DNA from: a virus
Lineage: Duplodnaviria > Caudoviricetes
Reading direction: 5' to 3' (one strand)
IMG/VR virus record: IMGVR_UViG_642973577_000001
Coordinates: 100,603-164,602 of that record
DNA length: 64,000 nucleotides
Under the pieces are notes generated by a model. The model did no database searches. It was not told the origin of the DNA and saw only the letters and a program-made list of their open reading frames with translations. The first letter of the stretch is position 1, and every line of letters begins with the position of its first letter. A program made the position numbers and the translations under genes. Positions 18,717-27,442 of the stretch are shown here, in pieces.

Positions 18717-19702
18717 TGAGCACCGAGCCGACAGTGCAGGTGCTCGACACCAGCTACGACATGAACGGGGTCAGCGTGGTCACGGCCACCAAGACCGCCG
18801 CCGCCCCGCGCCGGGGCACCATCTACGACCCGGCCACCCTGGCAGCCGCCGTGCCGGTCTGGTTCCATCCGCTGCGTGACGGGCGCTTCCTGGGGCTGTT
18901 CGCCGAACGCTGGCACACGGCCACCATCGGCTCCGGCGGGCCGCAGAGCTACAGCAGCTACGTCGAGACCACCGCCCCGAGCTGGATGGTGTTCGACCCG
19001 AAGACCGGCAGCTACTCCGGCGTCCAGGAGATCCCCAGCCGCCTGGTCGGCACCCGCGACCTCTCCGGCGCGGCCAGCCGGTTCGACTACCTGTTCACGA
19101 TCGGCACCATCGGCGACGAGGCCCTGCTGCAGCACCACCTGATCAGCCCGTCGGGCGAGGTCCTGCTGCACGCCGAGGAGATCATTCCCGAGCGCAACGG
19201 CGTGGTGTTCTCCTACGGCTGCTGGGTGGGCGACCGCTACCTGACCGTGGTCGGCACCGACGACGCCAGCCGCGTCTACCTGGCCCGCAAGCGATGGTCC
19301 CGCGTCGGCGACAACGCCGACCCGGACTGGGGCGTCTGGGAGTACAAGGGCCAGCGAGGCTGGTCACCCGACCCCGCTGACCTGGTGCCCCAGGTCGACC
19401 GGGACGGCCAGGCCCTGGTCACCTCCGGCCCGGTGAGCTACTGCAAGCTCAAGAACCGCGAGTTCATCAGCCTCATGACGGCCACCGACGCCAAGATCTA
19501 CTCCAGCCGCGACGTCGAGAAGGACTGGGCGCTGGAGTACCAGCGCGAGGCCGATTACTTCTACCTGCAGCCGCAGCTCTACTACAACCCGACCATGATC
19601 CCTGCAGGTAAGCGGGTCGGCGTGCCGTACGTGGTCACCGACTTCATCAGCTCCGCCGGGGCGCAACAGCTGCTCGTTGGATGGGATGTGTTCGCCCGCT
19701 AG
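18716..19702 (+). CDS. hypothetical beta-rich protein
   Basis: GGAGG SD; long ORF with high GC3. Confidence 0.8.
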   Translation: MSTEPTVQVLDTSYDMNGVSVVTATKTAAAPRRGTIYDPATLAAAVPVWFHPLRDGRFLGLFAERWHTATIGSGGPQSYSSYVETTAPSWMVFDPKTGSYSGVQEIPSRLVGTRDLSGAASRFDYLFTIGTIGDEALLQHHLISPSGEVLLHAEEIIPERNGVVFSYGCWVGDRYLTVVGTDDASRVYLARKRWSRVGDNADPDWGVWEYKGQRGWSPDPADLVPQVDRDGQALVTSGPVSYCKLKNREFISLMTATDAKIYSSRDVEKDWALEYQREADYFYLQPQLYYNPTMIPAGKRVGVPYVVTDFISSAGAQQLLVGWDVFAR

Positions 19703-19770
19703 AGGGTGTAGAGTGAACCAGGCAACACCCTGTAGCAACATTTTTTATCCACCCACATTCAAGGAGTACC

Positions 19771-20799
19771 GTGCTGGTATCTGAGTTGAAGCAGTCCCTC
19801 GAAGGTGTGAACGAGCAGTCGCTGGAGGTCACGTTCTCCGGCATCGCGGTCGATGACGAGGCGCGCAGCCTCAGGATCGACACCGGCTCACACGAGGGCA
19901 CCCGCGAGTTCCAGTTCGACGAGCAGCTCGAACGCTCGCTGAGCAAGTACCTCGGCGTCTCGAAGTCGTATCTGGCCAAGTGCCCGCCCGACCTCAAGGC
20001 CCACAACCTGAACTACTGGCTCGACCAGAAGCCCAACGTCGCCGTCACCGTCGAGGTGCTCGACGATCGGGTAGTGGCCTTCCACCGCCCCAACCTGGTG
20101 ATCCTGCCCATCCGCGAGGTCGCCGACGTCATCACCCAGGCCATGGAGCCGGGTGACGAGGTGGTCCAGCTGCTCCGCGACGAGACGTCGTTCCACATCG
20201 ACATCATCACGCCCAAGAGCGTCGAGGTCGATCCGGTCGAGGGCATCGAGGACCGGCAGCGCGGTGAGCGCCAGATCGGCGACATCACCCGTGGCGGCGT
20301 CCGCGTCCTGTCCAGCCCGACCGAGGTCAAGCCGCCGGTCGTGGTCCCCTACCTCCACCGCCTGTGGTGCACCAACGGCTGCTCCGCGCCGGTCGAGGAC
20401 GGCACCATCCGCCTCCGTGGCAACACGGTCGAGGAGGTTCTGGAGGAGATGAACCAGGTCATGCGCCGCGTGCGCGGCAACATCGACCAGCAGCTGGAGG
20501 ACTTCGCCGAGATGGCGAGCAAGCGCGTCCCCGGCAGCCCGTCGCGGTTCGCCCGCCAGATCGGCAACGAGTACGGCATCCCGGCGCGGGTGATGACCCG
20601 CGTGCTCGATCGCGTCGAGCTGCTCCCGGAGGACACCGCCACCCTGTACGACGTGCAGCAGGTGTTCACCCAGGCCGCGAACGGCACGGTGCCCTACCGG
20701 ACGATGATGCGTCTCCAGACGCTGGCCGGTGACATGGCGATGGACACCGACACGGTGGTCCACCGCTGCCAGACCTGCGAGCGGCTGCTCCCCGAGTGA
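19771..20799 (+). CDS. DUF932/DUF945-like protein
   Basis: YLHRLWCTNG matches the family RxxCxNG motif; AAGGAG SD. Confidence 0.6.
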   Translation: MLVSELKQSLEGVNEQSLEVTFSGIAVDDEARSLRIDTGSHEGTREFQFDEQLERSLSKYLGVSKSYLAKCPPDLKAHNLNYWLDQKPNVAVTVEVLDDRVVAFHRPNLVILPIREVADVITQAMEPGDEVVQLLRDETSFHIDIITPKSVEVDPVEGIEDRQRGERQIGDITRGGVRVLSSPTEVKPPVVVPYLHRLWCTNGCSAPVEDGTIRLRGNTVEEVLEEMNQVMRRVRGNIDQQLEDFAEMASKRVPGSPSRFARQIGNEYGIPARVMTRVLDRVELLPEDTATLYDVQQVFTQAANGTVPYRTMMRLQTLAGDMAMDTDTVVHRCQTCERLLPE

Positions 20800-21095
20800 C
20801 CGATCGCAAGGCCAGCATCATCGCTGGCGTGATGATGGTCGCTCTGATCATCGCAAGCGCGCTCACGGTCGGCCTCTTCGGGGCTGGCGCGTGGGAGTTC
20901 GTCACCGCCGACGTGCTCCCCGCCAAGACGCTCGACGCCGGAGACCGCTGGGCGGGTGTGGCCGTGTGCCTCATCCCGATCCTGATGGTGGCCGTCATCT
21001 GGGCACAGCTGATCGCCTTCTCGCGGTACGTGAAGGCGAAGGACGCCGAGAAGGCATCGGCGGAATCGACAGAAGGAGTAACCCCACGTGACTGA
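20796..21095 (+). CDS. two-TM membrane protein
   Basis: Two hydrophobic segments. Confidence 0.75.
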   Translation: MTDRKASIIAGVMMVALIIASALTVGLFGAGAWEFVTADVLPAKTLDAGDRWAGVAVCLIPILMVAVIWAQLIAFSRYVKAKDAEKASAESTEGVTPRD

Positions 21096-21840
21096 CAAGA
21101 ACAAGACCCTGATCGCCGCCCTGCTGGACCGCAGCGGCTCCATGCGCTCCCGCGCTCGCTCGACCGAGGAGGGCTTCAACGAGCTGATCCACGGCCAGAA
21201 GAACGAGCCGGGGCAGGCCTACGTGACGCTGGCGCAGTTCGACGACCAGTACGAGGTCGTCTACGCCAACAAGCCGATCGCCGAGGTGCCGCCGCTGTCG
21301 CTGGTGGCCCGCTCGATGACGGCCCTCAACGACGGCATCGGCAAGCTGGTGACCGACGTCGGCGCGGAGCTGGCCGCACTCAAGGAGGACGAGCGCCCCG
21401 GCCTGGTCATCTGCGTGATCATGACCGACGGCATGGAGAACGCCTCCCGCGAGTGGACCGCGCAGGCCGTCAAGGACCTGATCAAGGAGCAGGAGACCAA
21501 GTACGGCTGGAAGTTCATCTTCCTCGGCTCGGGCATCGACGTGCAGCAGGAGGGCGTGGCCCTGCGCGGCTTCGGCGCGCAGCGGTCGATGGCGTTCGAC
21601 GCCGATGCTCCGGTGGCCGTGGCTGCGGCCTACAGCGCCACCAGCAACCTCATCGGGTCCTACCGGGGCATGGCGGCGGCTGGCGCAGCGCCGGAGGCCA
21701 TGGACGCCGTGGGCTACACCGACGAGGACCGCGCCGCCGCGATGGCCAAGCAGCCTCCGGGCCGTAAGGAGGGCGAGAGCCAGGCCGACTGGAAGTCGCG
21801 CCTGCAGTCGCGGGGGATGGTCGACAGCTCGTCGCGGTAA
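21088..21840 (+). CDS. von Willebrand factor A domain protein
   Basis: MIDAS DRSGSM, TALNDG, MTDGMENAS, WKFIFLG. Confidence 0.9.
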   Translation: MTDKNKTLIAALLDRSGSMRSRARSTEEGFNELIHGQKNEPGQAYVTLAQFDDQYEVVYANKPIAEVPPLSLVARSMTALNDGIGKLVTDVGAELAALKEDERPGLVICVIMTDGMENASREWTAQAVKDLIKEQETKYGWKFIFLGSGIDVQQEGVALRGFGAQRSMAFDADAPVAVAAAYSATSNLIGSYRGMAAAGAAPEAMDAVGYTDEDRAAAMAKQPPGRKEGESQADWKSRLQSRGMVDSSSR

Positions 21841-21844
21841 CCCC

Positions 21845-21875
21845 TTGACCGGGAGACCCCGGAGTGTGCTACAGT
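21845..21875 (+). promoter_or_regulatory. SigA-type promoter for the leader/tRNA transcript
   Basis: TTGACC, 19-nt spacer, TGn-TACAGT extended -10; ATG follows after a 7-nt spacer. Confidence 0.7.
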
Positions 21876-21882
21876 CGTCCTC

Positions 21883-21915
21883 ATGCGTACCAACCGCCTG
21901 AATCGACAGCAGTAG
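21883..21915 (+). CDS. putative leaderless leader peptide MRTNRLNRQQ
   Basis: ATG at the predicted +1; codons ATG CGT ACC AAC CGC CTG AAT CGA CAG CAG TAG. Confidence 0.55.
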   Translation: MRTNRLNRQQ

Positions 21916-21940
21916 CCCTCCGGGGTCTACTGCGTCTTCT
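21909..21940 (+). terminator. terminator/attenuator-like hairpin
   Basis: GCAGTAG-CCC-TCCG-GGG-T-CTACTGC with a cUNCGg tetraloop, followed by GTCTTCT. Confidence 0.55.
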
Positions 21941-21942
21941 AG

Positions 21943-22013
21943 TGCCTGTTGGTGTAATGGCAACACGCCGGTTTCTGACACCGGTATTCTTGGTTCGAGT
22001 CCAGGGCGGGCAG
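21943..22013 (+). tRNA. tRNA-Gln(CTG)
   Basis: Acceptor TGCCTGT/GCGGGCA, anticodon arm CCGGT-TTCTGAC-ACCGG, T loop TTCGAGT; CCA not encoded. Confidence 0.93.
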
Positions 22014-22033
22014 CTCTTCCCCTAGCGGGATGA

Positions 22034-22107
22034 TGGTCACTAGCTCAATTAGGCAGAGCAACGCCCTGTTAAGGCGTCAGGTGAAGGTTCGAGTCCTTCG
22101 TGGCCAG
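22034..22107 (+). tRNA. tRNA-Asn(GTT)
   Basis: Acceptor TGGTCAC/GTGGCCA, anticodon arm ACGCC-CTGTTAA-GGCGT, T arm GAAGG-TTCGAGT-CCTTC; CCA not encoded. Confidence 0.93.
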
Positions 22108-22561
22108 CTTGAAAACCTGTTCGCGCTGCAAAGTCGAGAAGCCCAGGTCTGAGTTCCACAGGTGGAGCAAGGCCAAGGACGGGCTGAATCATCACTGCAA
22201 GGACTGCGTGAGCGACAAGGCCAAGGCTCGGTATCGGCGTAGCCCGGAGTGGCGCGCCAAGCTCGTCGAGAACGCCATCGAGCGCCGCAAGAAGCTCCAG
22301 CAGTACGCTTTCACGTATCTGACCGAGCACCCGTGCGTCGATTGTGGTGAGACTGATCCGATCGTCCTGGAGTTCGATCACGTGCGTGGTGAGAAGGTTC
22401 GAGCCATCTCGTCGATGCTCGGAAACGGCGGCTCCCTGGACCGACTCAAGGAGGAGATCGCCAAGTGCGACGTCCGGTGCGCTAACTGCCACGCTCGCGT
22501 GACGGCCCGCAGAAACGGGCGGTATTGGAAGCTGGCGTTTATCCCTGTAGTATCTGTATAG
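22100..22561 (+). CDS. HNH endonuclease with N-terminal zinc ribbon
   Basis: KTCSRC...CKDC; CVDCG...LEFDH...CANCH. Confidence 0.88.
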   Translation: MASLKTCSRCKVEKPRSEFHRWSKAKDGLNHHCKDCVSDKAKARYRRSPEWRAKLVENAIERRKKLQQYAFTYLTEHPCVDCGETDPIVLEFDHVRGEKVRAISSMLGNGGSLDRLKEEIAKCDVRCANCHARVTARRNGRYWKLAFIPVVSV

Positions 22562-22599
22562 TCTGTTTGTTCCACCCACCCACATTCAGGAGGCATCCC

Positions 22600-23064
22600 G
22601 TGCCATATACCGATCAGTACGTGGACCACGTGTTCTCGTACCACGCACCTCGCGAGGGGCAGCCGGAGGTCTACGAGACCATCCGTACCCACGCCAAGGC
22701 GTTCTTCCAGGTCATCAACCGGCTCGTGCCCGACGGCGCGGACAAGGCCGACGCGCTGCGCTCGCTGCGCAACTGCGTCATGACCGCCAACGCCGGAGTC
22801 GCCCTCGCGGGCGGACCCGAGGCGTTCATGGTCAAGACCGCCGACGTCGCCGCCGTCGCACGGCGCGCCAAGGACGTCGAGGCAGCGGCCACCCGGTCGC
22901 CGTACCAGACCACGCTGGGCTTCAAGGCCCAGGGCGGCGAGTACGAGGTCTCGATCGACCCGACCGCCAAGCGCGACGACGGCTACACCGAGGTCAAGAA
23001 GGTCGACACCGGCAAGCCGATCGCTTCCCTGGCCGACGACTACCTCCGGGCCAAGGGCCTGTGA
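22600..23064 (+). CDS. Acb2/Tad1-hairpin-like protein with C-terminal extension
   Basis: FSYHAP..GQ...YE.IR..AK......P....K..AL..L...VM.ANA; AGGAGG SD. Confidence 0.65.
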   Translation: MPYTDQYVDHVFSYHAPREGQPEVYETIRTHAKAFFQVINRLVPDGADKADALRSLRNCVMTANAGVALAGGPEAFMVKTADVAAVARRAKDVEAAATRSPYQTTLGFKAQGGEYEVSIDPTAKRDDGYTEVKKVDTGKPIASLADDYLRAKGL

Positions 23065-23342
23065 AGCGCGTAGGTCTCGCCCTCAGTGCGGTGAGCATCA
23101 GCCTGGCTCTGGTGCTCACCGGCTGCGGGTCGACGGGCGTGAAGAACCGTCCCGGCGGAGGCACCCAGCAGACCGAGGACTGCGACTTCGACGACATGAT
23201 CGAGGGCGACAGCGACTGCTACGGGTCCAAGAAGAAGACCACCACCAGCAAGAAGCCGACCACGACGGCCAAGCCCACCACCAAGGTGGCCACGCCGACC
23301 AAGAAGGCTTCCAGCGGCTCGTCGGGGAGCAAGAAGAAGTGA
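23061..23342 (+). CDS. lipoprotein
   Basis: Signal peptide with LTGC lipobox; K/T-rich tail. Confidence 0.8.
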   Translation: MKRVGLALSAVSISLALVLTGCGSTGVKNRPGGGTQQTEDCDFDDMIEGDSDCYGSKKKTTTSKKPTTTAKPTTKVATPTKKASSGSSGSKKK

Positions 23343-23584
23343 TGGACGGCGCGCTGGCGTGGGACATCCAGAAGTGGAACTCAGAGCAGGATCGGCCCAC
23401 CCTCAGTACCGCTCAGGTGGAGGGTTTGGCCACCTACCTCTCCGACAAGGGGTGGGGCGCAGCCAAGCGGGATGTTAGCCTGGGAGACGTGCGTGGCCTG
23501 GTCGAGAAGGGCCGCAAGCTCGTAGACGACCTTCTAGGAGAACCCCGCCGTGCCGATGCCCCTGGTCAATCCACTCACCGGTAA
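23339..23584 (+). CDS. hypothetical protein
   Basis: Coupled ORF. Confidence 0.6.
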   Translation: MMDGALAWDIQKWNSEQDRPTLSTAQVEGLATYLSDKGWGAAKRDVSLGDVRGLVEKGRKLVDDLLGEPRRADAPGQSTHR

Positions 23585-23993
23585 GCCGTTCGAGCGGCCT
23601 GCACCTCCGGCACCGGAGGCGGTAGAGATCTACCCGTCTGAGCTGCCCAAGGTGCAGGCCGCGTTCAAGACGCTCCAGGACCGGTTTGCCCAGAAGGTCG
23701 TAGAGGACCCGCTGGAGGCGGCGAACGCCTTCAACCAGCTCGCGGTCAACGAGTTCGGCGACATCGGGTTCGAGATCGAGGTCGAGTGGCACGAGGCCAG
23801 CGAGAACCCGTTCGGCGAGGCCAAGATGTACGTGCCCCGGATCAACATCGTCGGTCGCACCCGCAAGGAGACCGAGATCGACCACGACCGCATGCAGCAC
23901 GACATCGTGACCGGCAAGGCCGACGGCGTGGCGGGCTACATCCGCGAGGACGGCTCCGAGCGCGAGGACCCCATCAAGAAGATCATCGTCTGA
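23550..23993 (+). CDS. hypothetical protein
   Basis: AGGAG SD; strong codon bias. Confidence 0.8.
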   Translation: MPMPLVNPLTGKPFERPAPPAPEAVEIYPSELPKVQAAFKTLQDRFAQKVVEDPLEAANAFNQLAVNEFGDIGFEIEVEWHEASENPFGEAKMYVPRINIVGRTRKETEIDHDRMQHDIVTGKADGVAGYIREDGSEREDPIKKIIV

Positions 23994-24190
23994 TGGCAGC
24001 CGGGGATATGTCTCCGTGGCCGGAGGACTACTGGTGGGAGCAGCGGGTGGCCGACGCTGAGTTCGCCCGTCGCGAGGCCGAGCGGGAGGCTCAGCAGCGG
24101 CGGAGTATCGGGGAGGAGTTCGGGATACCCAACCCGGACAAGATCCAGGCGCACGTGGACACCATCTGCGCCGCCCGATTCAAGGAGTAG
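23993..24190 (+). CDS. small hypothetical protein
   Basis: TGATG coupling. Confidence 0.6.
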   Translation: MAAGDMSPWPEDYWWEQRVADAEFARREAEREAQQRRSIGEEFGIPNPDKIQAHVDTICAARFKE

Positions 24191-24193
24191 CCC

Positions 24194-24643
24194 ATGGTCA
24201 CACTGGAGGCCCGTTCTCGTCGGCTCACGACGCTCAAGAACTTCGGGCGCATCACTGACGCCTTTCAGATCATCGTGCTGGGCACCTTCGGCCAGTACCT
24301 CTATAGCGGCGGAGCCGAGCAGCTCAAGGCCAAGCACTGGAACGCCGCTCGCGACTTTTTCGGCGGCTACCAGGGCGTCGGCATGGCCATCATGGTCATC
24401 GCGGGCATCGGCTTGCTCGGGCTGTTCTCGCTGGCTCTAACCAAGCGCGACTGGGTGTACACGATCCTCATGTGGATCTACTCGCTGGCCGCGTTCTTGT
24501 TCTTCGTGATCGTCGGCATCACCCACCACCTGGCGCAGTCGGGCAGCACCGGCCTGTGGTCGCTGGGCCTGGCGGGCTGCTTCTTCCTGTTCACCCGGAT
24601 CGCCATCACGATCGCCACACCCCTGCAGCCGGAGGCCTCATGA
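24194..24643 (+). CDS. multi-TM membrane protein
   Basis: AAGGAG SD; about four hydrophobic helices. Confidence 0.8.
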   Translation: MVTLEARSRRLTTLKNFGRITDAFQIIVLGTFGQYLYSGGAEQLKAKHWNAARDFFGGYQGVGMAIMVIAGIGLLGLFSLALTKRDWVYTILMWIYSLAAFLFFVIVGITHHLAQSGSTGLWSLGLAGCFFLFTRIAITIATPLQPEAS

Positions 24644-25119
24644 CCCGACCAACAGCTCAAAGCTCCGCCGCTGGCGTCAAGCGCCCGACGAGCGCGGTAG
24701 GCCTGTCTCCCCTGGAGTGGGGCGACAAGTGCTTCCTGTGCGGTAACTCGATCGCCGAGGGAGCTGGTGAGGGCTTCTACCAGTCCAAGAAGGGCGGCTT
24801 CCTGCGTTGCCACCGTGGTTGCCTCAGCACCATGGAGATGGCCGGAGGCCACCCCAAGGACTTCCACCGGGTGATGGCCGAGCGCAAGCAGTCGCCCGTG
24901 CACGACAAGCCGGTGCACCAGGACGTCGAGGCCGAGAAGCTCCAGGTTGAGTACGACGACGAGATGCCACCTCCGGCGCAGGCCTACAACGGCCCTCGCT
25001 CGATCAAGTTCGACGACCTCCAGCACCTGCAGGGATTCATCACCCAGCGCGGCGCGATCCCGGATCACGTCCGGGTGTTCATCGGCGACTACGTGATCCA
25101 GGCCGGTGGCGGTGGCTAG
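24640..25119 (+). CDS. zinc-finger hypothetical protein
   Basis: ATGA overlap, GGAGG SD; CFLC...CH..C. Confidence 0.75.
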   Translation: MTRPTAQSSAAGVKRPTSAVGLSPLEWGDKCFLCGNSIAEGAGEGFYQSKKGGFLRCHRGCLSTMEMAGGHPKDFHRVMAERKQSPVHDKPVHQDVEAEKLQVEYDDEMPPPAQAYNGPRSIKFDDLQHLQGFITQRGAIPDHVRVFIGDYVIQAGGGG

Positions 25120-25354
25120 TATCGACGTCCTCGGCGTAAAGGTGACCTTCCGGCATCGAGACGCCGCGTTGATCAGCGACAACGAGCTGGCCGACATCGA
25201 GGAGATCGTCGAGGCCGAGCAGGAGTCGCTGCACTACCGCACCGAGGACACCGGCACCGAGGTGCTGCGCGAGATCGAGTTCCTGACCGACTACGTGAAT
25301 CCGCGCCAGGCGCGCTACAACACTGTGTCGGACGTGACGGGGACCCCCGAATAG
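25106..25354 (+). CDS. hypothetical protein
   Basis: ORF with good codon bias. Confidence 0.7.
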   Translation: MAVASIDVLGVKVTFRHRDAALISDNELADIEEIVEAEQESLHYRTEDTGTEVLREIEFLTDYVNPRQARYNTVSDVTGTPE

Positions 25355-25401
25355 GTAGGGAGGCCGGAAAGTACCGGCCTCACGACGAAGGGATAGTTCC
25401 C

Positions 25402-26067
25402 GTGCCCGTGAAGAACGAAGAGTGGGAAGTGCCCGTACTCCCCGGCCTGCCTGCCGCTGGTGCCGGAAAGCGGTACAACTACCTCACCTCCAACCCCAGC
25501 CCCGCAGAGGCCTGCGAGCGCATCGCTGCAGCCCTGGGAGGCACTCTCCTGGTCCGCACCGCCGACCTGGACCTCAAGGCCCTGCGCGAGACCGGCAAGC
25601 TGCCAGAGAAGATCGCCTACTCGGTCGACGTCACTCGGTTCTACGACGAGATCAGCACCATCGACGACGGCAACGGCGGACGCCGCCCCAAGCTGCCTGG
25701 CTCCGGCATGGGCATGCCCACCTGGGCCGAGCTGGACGAGTGGTACGAGGAGAAGGGCTACCAGTACAACCGCCGCCACAAGATCGACCACGACGAGTGG
25801 AAGCGCGGCGAAGAGCGCGAGCAGCTGCTGGCCAAGTTCCGCAGCGTCCTGCCGTCCGAGGAGAGCGACGAGGCCCGTCTGCGCAAGATCGCCGACACCC
25901 TGGACCTGGACGTCCGCCCCAAGGCCGAGGCTCCGCAGACCGGTGTGGAGGCCGTCAAGGGCCTGTGGGGACTGACCCTCAAGAGCACCGCCATCGTCGC
26001 GAGCAAGCTCGCTGCCGAGGGCAAGGAAGCCGCAAAGGCGAAGTGGGCCAAGGCCCGCCGAACCTAG
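25402..26067 (+). CDS. hypothetical protein
   Basis: ORF with good codon bias. Confidence 0.8.
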   Translation: MPVKNEEWEVPVLPGLPAAGAGKRYNYLTSNPSPAEACERIAAALGGTLLVRTADLDLKALRETGKLPEKIAYSVDVTRFYDEISTIDDGNGGRRPKLPGSGMGMPTWAELDEWYEEKGYQYNRRHKIDHDEWKRGEEREQLLAKFRSVLPSEESDEARLRKIADTLDLDVRPKAEAPQTGVEAVKGLWGLTLKSTAIVASKLAAEGKEAAKAKWAKARRT

Positions 26068-26133
26068 TTGCTTCCAGCTCCTAGACCCTGTAGTCTGCCT
26101 ATAGCGATTAAAACCACCCACAGGAAGGTCGCT

Positions 26134-26388
26134 ATGGCAGAACTAGACGTGGATGCCCCCATCCCGTTCATGCCCACCGAGGGCGTGGCACACGGGGAGG
26201 GGGGCGTCTTCGACATCGTGGTGAGCTATGAGTTCACCATGCGCGTCGAGGTCGCACCCGGCGAGAACGACGACGATGGCCTCACCGACGGCGAGTACGC
26301 CTCCGAGAAGGCCATGGACTCCTCCCCCGACATGAACGGGGAGAAGACCTCCGGTCCGGTCCTGATGGACATCCGGCGGGTCTCCTGA
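26134..26388 (+). CDS. acidic hypothetical protein
   Basis: AGGAAGG SD before ATG 26134. Confidence 0.7.
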   Translation: MAELDVDAPIPFMPTEGVAHGEGGVFDIVVSYEFTMRVEVAPGENDDDGLTDGEYASEKAMDSSPDMNGEKTSGPVLMDIRRVS

Positions 26389-26702
26389 TGGCCAAGCGCA
26401 GGAAGATCAAGGTCGACGTCGGCACGATCACGGTCACGATCCCGGAGCACATCATCCAGGCCGCGATCGAGCTGCAGATCGTCAAGTACCTGGAGGAGAA
26501 CGTCGACTTCCAGGCCATGCTCAAGGAGGCCGTGGACGCCGAGGTCGCACTCATCGCGCCGATGCATCCGAACATGCAGGCCGTCATCGACAGCGTGCGC
26601 GATCACCTGGACCGCTACCCGCTGATCGGCAACGACCAGGCCTTCCAGGACTACGTGGGCCAGAAGATCTTCGAGTGGCTCCAGCAGAAGCCGGTCCGAT
26701 GA
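26388..26702 (+). CDS. hypothetical protein
   Basis: TGATG coupling. Confidence 0.75.
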   Translation: MAKRRKIKVDVGTITVTIPEHIIQAAIELQIVKYLEENVDFQAMLKEAVDAEVALIAPMHPNMQAVIDSVRDHLDRYPLIGNDQAFQDYVGQKIFEWLQQKPVR

Positions 26703-27403
26703 ACCCACTCAAGGCGCTGCGTCTCGTGGCGATTCTCCTCGGCGTGTTCGTGCTGGCCTTCGCCTGCTCGGACGGCTACTACCGTGCCCAGGCCGACCCC
26801 GACACCGACCGCCGCGTGGTGGTCGAGCCGTCGGTCGACGACGCACGTTCGATCGAGAACCGCATCGAGAGCCGCCTGCGTCCCGACGACGAGATCTACG
26901 TGACCATCTGGCCAGCTGGCGAGTTCCAGCGCCCGGAGTCCAACGGCGTGGTGTTCCTCTACGCCGAGGGCAAGCAGGTCACCGTGGTCGGCAACGACTG
27001 GGTGCCCCAGGTCTGGCTCGACGAGCGCCTGGACCGCATCGACAACGTGACCCGCCGTCCGGTCGACCAGATCGTGCGCCTCATCGACGAGATCCACGAG
27101 TACCAGGAGGACAATCCTCGCGAGTCGCCCGCGCCGGAGATCACCATCCAGATCACCACCGCCGAGGCACCTCCGCCTCCGCCTGCCGCCCCGGAGCCTC
27201 CCAAGGAGCCGTTCCGCTGGACCACGGCCTGGAAGTTCGGCGCTGGTGCTGGCGGAGGAGTCGCGCTGCTGTTCATCATCTGGCTGCCGCTGCACATCCG
27301 GCTCATGCGTCGGCGCAAGCGGTTGGCCGTCATCGCCAAGCGGGCCGAGGAACAGGCCGACTGGACCTACGACAAGTACGGCATCAAGTCCACCATCGAC
27401 TGA
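26699..27403 (+). CDS. secreted/membrane protein
   Basis: N-terminal signal, Pro-rich linker, C-terminal TM followed by RRRKR. Confidence 0.75.
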   Translation: MNPLKALRLVAILLGVFVLAFACSDGYYRAQADPDTDRRVVVEPSVDDARSIENRIESRLRPDDEIYVTIWPAGEFQRPESNGVVFLYAEGKQVTVVGNDWVPQVWLDERLDRIDNVTRRPVDQIVRLIDEIHEYQEDNPRESPAPEITIQITTAEAPPPPPAAPEPPKEPFRWTTAWKFGAGAGGGVALLFIIWLPLHIRLMRRRKRLAVIAKRAEEQADWTYDKYGIKSTID

Positions 27404-27442
27404 CCGTCGATGGCCCACCCAAGAGAAGGAGAATCACCACCC

